Source of the DNA: a virus
Taxonomy: Duplodnaviria; Caudoviricetes
Virus record (IMG/VR): IMGVR_UViG_3300017902_000266
Location: 1 to 26,560 of that record
Strand: one strand, 5' to 3'
Length of the DNA: 26,560 bases
Shown: positions 25,301 to 26,560 of the stretch, piece after piece
Position numbering within the stretch: the stretch's first letter is position 1
Layout: each line of letters starts with the position of its first letter
The notes under the pieces: generated by a model
Told to the model about the DNA's origin: nothing
What the model saw: the letters and a program-made list of their open reading frames with translations, nothing else
Databases searched by the model: none
Program-made: the position numbers and the translations under genes

Positions 25301-26322
25301 CTGACAAATCAATTAAGTGGAAAGGAACAGATGGTGGTGTTGCATATAATACTTGGGTTTCTTCTGAGAACTTTGATCTAGCAGCAAATAAAATATTTTC
25401 TTTGAACGGTATTAACATTGCAGATCCTGTTGGACAAACTATAGGACCTGTGAATGGAACTGGAACTGATGATGTTAATTTAAGTGGTGGTGACACACCT
25501 TACGCTTTAGGTAGTGCAGTTACAGGATCATCATTGACATCTGTTGGAACTCTTGGTTCATTGACTGTATCTGGTGGTGCTACATTTGGTGATTCAACTT
25601 ATGGATCAAATTTAGGTCAACTAAGAATTATCAATGATGCAGCATCAGCACCAGCATCACTAGCATTATTTGGTTACAATAATACAAATGATGGGGATGC
25701 GTTTGCACAAATTCAATTTGCTGAACAAGAGTCTGGTACAGGTGGACAGGTAAAAGCAAAAATTGAGGCACAGGCAGTATCAACTAATGAAAGAGGAGCA
25801 AGTTTAGCATTCTTTACATCTGCTAATACTTCATCATCAACTCCACTTAAGAGATTAGACATAGATGAGCATGGTAATATGACCAACATATATCAATACC
25901 ATGCTGTTGCTCGGAGAAGTAGTAATATATCTGGATATGATGCAAACGGTAATTTCGGAACTGCTTTAGTCTATAATGATTTAGTTATTGAACAAAGAGA
26001 TACTAATTTACCTACTTGTTTTGATGGAAACACTGGACTATTTACAGTACCAGTTACTGGAGTTTATTTCTGTGAGGGATCTGCTTACACCAGTGCTGGA
26101 AATATTTTCTCCCAAGCTTGGTTTACTGTAAATGGTAGTAGAAAAGAATATACTGATTGGGTGTTGGGTGACACATCTTCAATTGTAAATGCTAACTCTA
26201 TGATAAAATTAAGTGCTGGAGACACTGTTGGATTCCATCCTCATGCTGGTGGTGGTAATTCTAGTATTCAAATTCTTGCTACAAGTAACCATACATGGTT
26301 TAAAGTTACATTAATGAATTAA
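22351..26322 (+). CDS. Long tail fibre / adhesin with C-terminal C1q-like domain
   Basis: QTLTNKT motifs, VDT(D)TITRL repeats, 14-aa NTAxG..AL beta-roll repeats; C-terminal FDGNTGLFTVPVTGVYF...IKLSAGDTV...TWF. Confidence 0.88.
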   Translation: MADRFPLIVNSVSQKIEELVSGDNLDLSGNNIVISGDTGSGKYLTSNGSVVSWGSPGDVYLNASQTLTNKTFDSCVISGSVNTLSNIPNTALVNSGITVNGSTIALGGTVTTPDNNTTYTVSTVDGSSAARKVIRLTSGGNAGAGVDDDITLVAGTNMTISRAGDELTFASSYVDTDTITTLQSATGGVAQTGAMVIAAGGSSTVSQDAATRTITISSTYVDTITRLRATTGQVFAPADFTFLDGGATTVSQGVDGNGDPTITYSSVDTITRLKGGAAGSFVTGDTTITGGTNVTVSQAGNTISVASVDTDTVTRLATGANALGAGDFRFAGSGATNVSQNTAGGVTTITVTSQNDDTGASLTASSGIILSGTDFQLKNAGTFTGNTLLKWDSGNSQFTDGIITDNGSTVTVNGDLVVEGTQTILNTSTLQVEDNNIELRKGNNLVGSNGGITINRTSDSAGNITSYVQLQWNESVGYWRSFDGSVEKRFVTEGESQVLTNKTLTSPILTAPQLGSATATSINGLIIASTASGELDIATGKKLDVDRDLLFTSDNNTASISINFRQGGNVAYTSDTLASFASTTSTQMRGLITDTTGTNRLVFQDSPTILTSLNTTSSGFTLLNSTVTNVAAFGGAGIITMGQTGGTFTINQNLVVNEDLTVGSTISDTITINGILNSENADILIRGTSNDPMRVGRGNSNVNTNTAVGVQALNSITSGSQNTGYGYQALFTTNSGAANTAIGNRALRANGIGSNNIAIGRDSMLVTLDGTKNVAIGNNTLESNSGGDGNVCIGHYAGFDVLGNNNVLIGPAYNENSGDVTFRPPNISGDNQLVIGSGGQAWIRGDANYDITIDEDLTVSKDVLVKGNLTVQGVETIVKSNIVQITDKNIELAAVVSTQFVATVTSGTPNITSITPTAGLIPGMTVTTSTGGITIPNNTIIVSITNNAAVLSNNVTGNGQATITAIGPSDGAAEDGGLIVKGSTDKSIKWKGTDGGVAYNTWVSSENFDLAANKIFSLNGINIADPVGQTIGPVNGTGTDDVNLSGGDTPYALGSAVTGSSLTSVGTLGSLTVSGGATFGDSTYGSNLGQLRIINDAASAPASLALFGYNNTNDGDAFAQIQFAEQESGTGGQVKAKIEAQAVSTNERGASLAFFTSANTSSSTPLKRLDIDEHGNMTNIYQYHAVARRSSNISGYDANGNFGTALVYNDLVIEQRDTNLPTCFDGNTGLFTVPVTGVYFCEGSAYTSAGNIFSQAWFTVNGSRKEYTDWVLGDTSSIVNANSMIKLSAGDTVGFHPHAGGGNSSIQILATSNHTWFKVTLMN

Positions 26323-26326
26323 GACG

Positions 26327-26404
26327 ATGACAACATTAATAATTATTGCTATACTAATAGCAGGAACAGGTTGGATGATAAGATATTACGATCCACATAA
26401 TTAA
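26327..26404 (+). CDS. 25-aa single-pass membrane peptide (not in the ORF track)
   Basis: MTTLIIIAILIAGTGWMIRYYDPHN*; fills the gap between neighbours with 4-nt and 3-nt spacers. Confidence 0.65.
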   Translation: MTTLIIIAILIAGTGWMIRYYDPHN

Positions 26405-26407
26405 TAT

Positions 26408-26560
26408 ATGAGTGACATACATTTTAAGAGACACCGTGTGTTTCGTGAGACTGATGATGTAATTTTTTATGACATATCAGTAGAAGAATCTAATGCAAGT
26501 GACCTAGTAGTACACACAGGTCCTGCAGTATCACCTCCACCTGATTGCGTAGGAGGAAAA
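26408..26560 (+). CDS. Conserved cyanobacterial/cyanophage hypothetical protein, 3'-truncated
   Basis: MSDIHFKRHRVFRETDDVIFYDISVEESNASDLVVHTGPAVSPPPDCVGGK..., open to the window end; recalled as a host-like picocyanobacterial family. Confidence 0.7.
   Translation, partial: MSDIHFKRHRVFRETDDVIFYDISVEESNASDLVVHTGPAVSPPPDCVGGK

Noticed and set aside
813-25496. Numerous minus-strand ORFs of 60-166 aa (e.g. 4075-4341, 11679-12092, 18817-19317, 23748-24194, 24999-25496)
   Set aside because: All lie antisense to well-supported + strand genes, mostly as in-register shadows of Gly/Thr/Ala-rich codons; no motifs or start signals seen.
1-26560. tRNA or other structured RNA genes
   Set aside because: Intergenic gaps are at most about 80 nt and are occupied by promoters or terminators; no cloverleaf/T-loop pattern seen.

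Overview
Fragment of an AT-rich T4-like marine cyanomyovirus genome; a Prochlorococcus/Synechococcus host is inferred from mazG, pcyA, talC and the cyanophage-type nrdAB. All credible genes are on the + strand. Order: 3' end of mazG; a late-promoter (ATAAATA) block with a PD-(D/E)xK-like nuclease, an ATP-dependent ligase-like KxDG protein, a HIGH-family nucleotidyltransferase, a small SH3/KOW-like protein and mosaic charged proteins that resemble capsid-packaged, protease-processed polyproteins; an Ig-domain virion protein; primase gp61, nrdA, nrdB; two dual-coding (overlapping) loci flanking pcyA; talC, glutaredoxin and small accessory genes behind consensus sigma70 promoters; then a terminator and a late tail-fibre/virion cluster with an S8 protease-esterase-cupredoxin fusion and a 1323-aa fibre ending in a C1q-like domain. 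Most interesting candidates: (1) the late nuclease/ligase/nucleotidyltransferase cassette with adjacent peptide polyproteins, possibly an injected enzyme kit; (2) the tri-functional protease fusion; (3) a promoter-gated hairpin hiding a tail gene start codon; (4) an overprinted ORF inside the GIY-YIG gene. All calls come from reading motifs by eye; no searches were run.
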